This document shows positions 63,857-64,000 of a DNA stretch of 64,000 nt, in pieces (the first letter of the stretch is position 1; each line of letters starts with the position of its first letter). The translations under genes were made by a program, and so were the position numbers. The stretch spans positions 2,412,999 to 2,476,998 of the forward strand of contig CM082596.2 of NCBI GenBank assembly GCA_040954595.2, in the 5' to 3' direction. Below the pieces are notes generated by a model that had not been told where the DNA came from, made no database searches, and saw only the letters and a program-made list of their open reading frames with translations. The stretch is from Balanoglossus misakiensis (lineage: Eukaryota; Animalia; Hemichordata).

Positions 63857-64000
63857 CTCAACACAATAATATATTATGTTTCACATAAAGACTAAAATAA
63901 CTATGGCAAATGTCAAATATAACAGACTTTATCGATGTTAATATTGCTTGAAGTCATTAAATGTTCATTTCTGCATTTAATAGGGGAAGATCTATTTTAG

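Noticed and set aside
1-64000. CRISPR arrays, prokaryotic operons, rRNA or tRNA genes, intact transposase/RT ORFs
   Set aside because: Sequence is intron-containing eukaryotic DNA; no regularly spaced repeats, cloverleaf with A/B boxes, rRNA similarity or long TE ORFs were seen

Overview
AT-rich (roughly 40% GC by eye) eukaryotic genomic DNA with GT-AG introns, most likely from a marine invertebrate bilaterian (not identifiable further from sequence alone). (1) 1-12242 (+): last 16 exons of a TARBP1/Trm3-type SpoU tRNA (Gm18) methyltransferase, phase-consistent throughout, needing one GC-AG intron. (2) 16871-18239 (+): two-exon ZFP36/TIS11 (ZFP36L1/L2-like) tandem CCCH mRNA-decay factor with a CpG-rich, CArG/ETS/CRE-containing upstream region and an ARE-rich 3' UTR. 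(3) Minus strand: three C-terminal exons of RAD51B (55404-52664), convergent on ZFP36 as in vertebrates. A candidate tiny terminal exon at 19425-19406 would give RAD51B a ~33 kb last intron covering the whole non-coding interval. (4) 62195-62896 (+): an apparently intronless EF-hand gene nested antisense in a RAD51B intron, with RFX X-box-like sites upstream. The 20-52 kb interval has no convincing protein-coding gene; it holds enhancer-like patches, micro-MITE/palindrome remnants, simple repeats and one H/ACA-like fold. All coordinates and homology calls were made by eye and from recall, without database searches.
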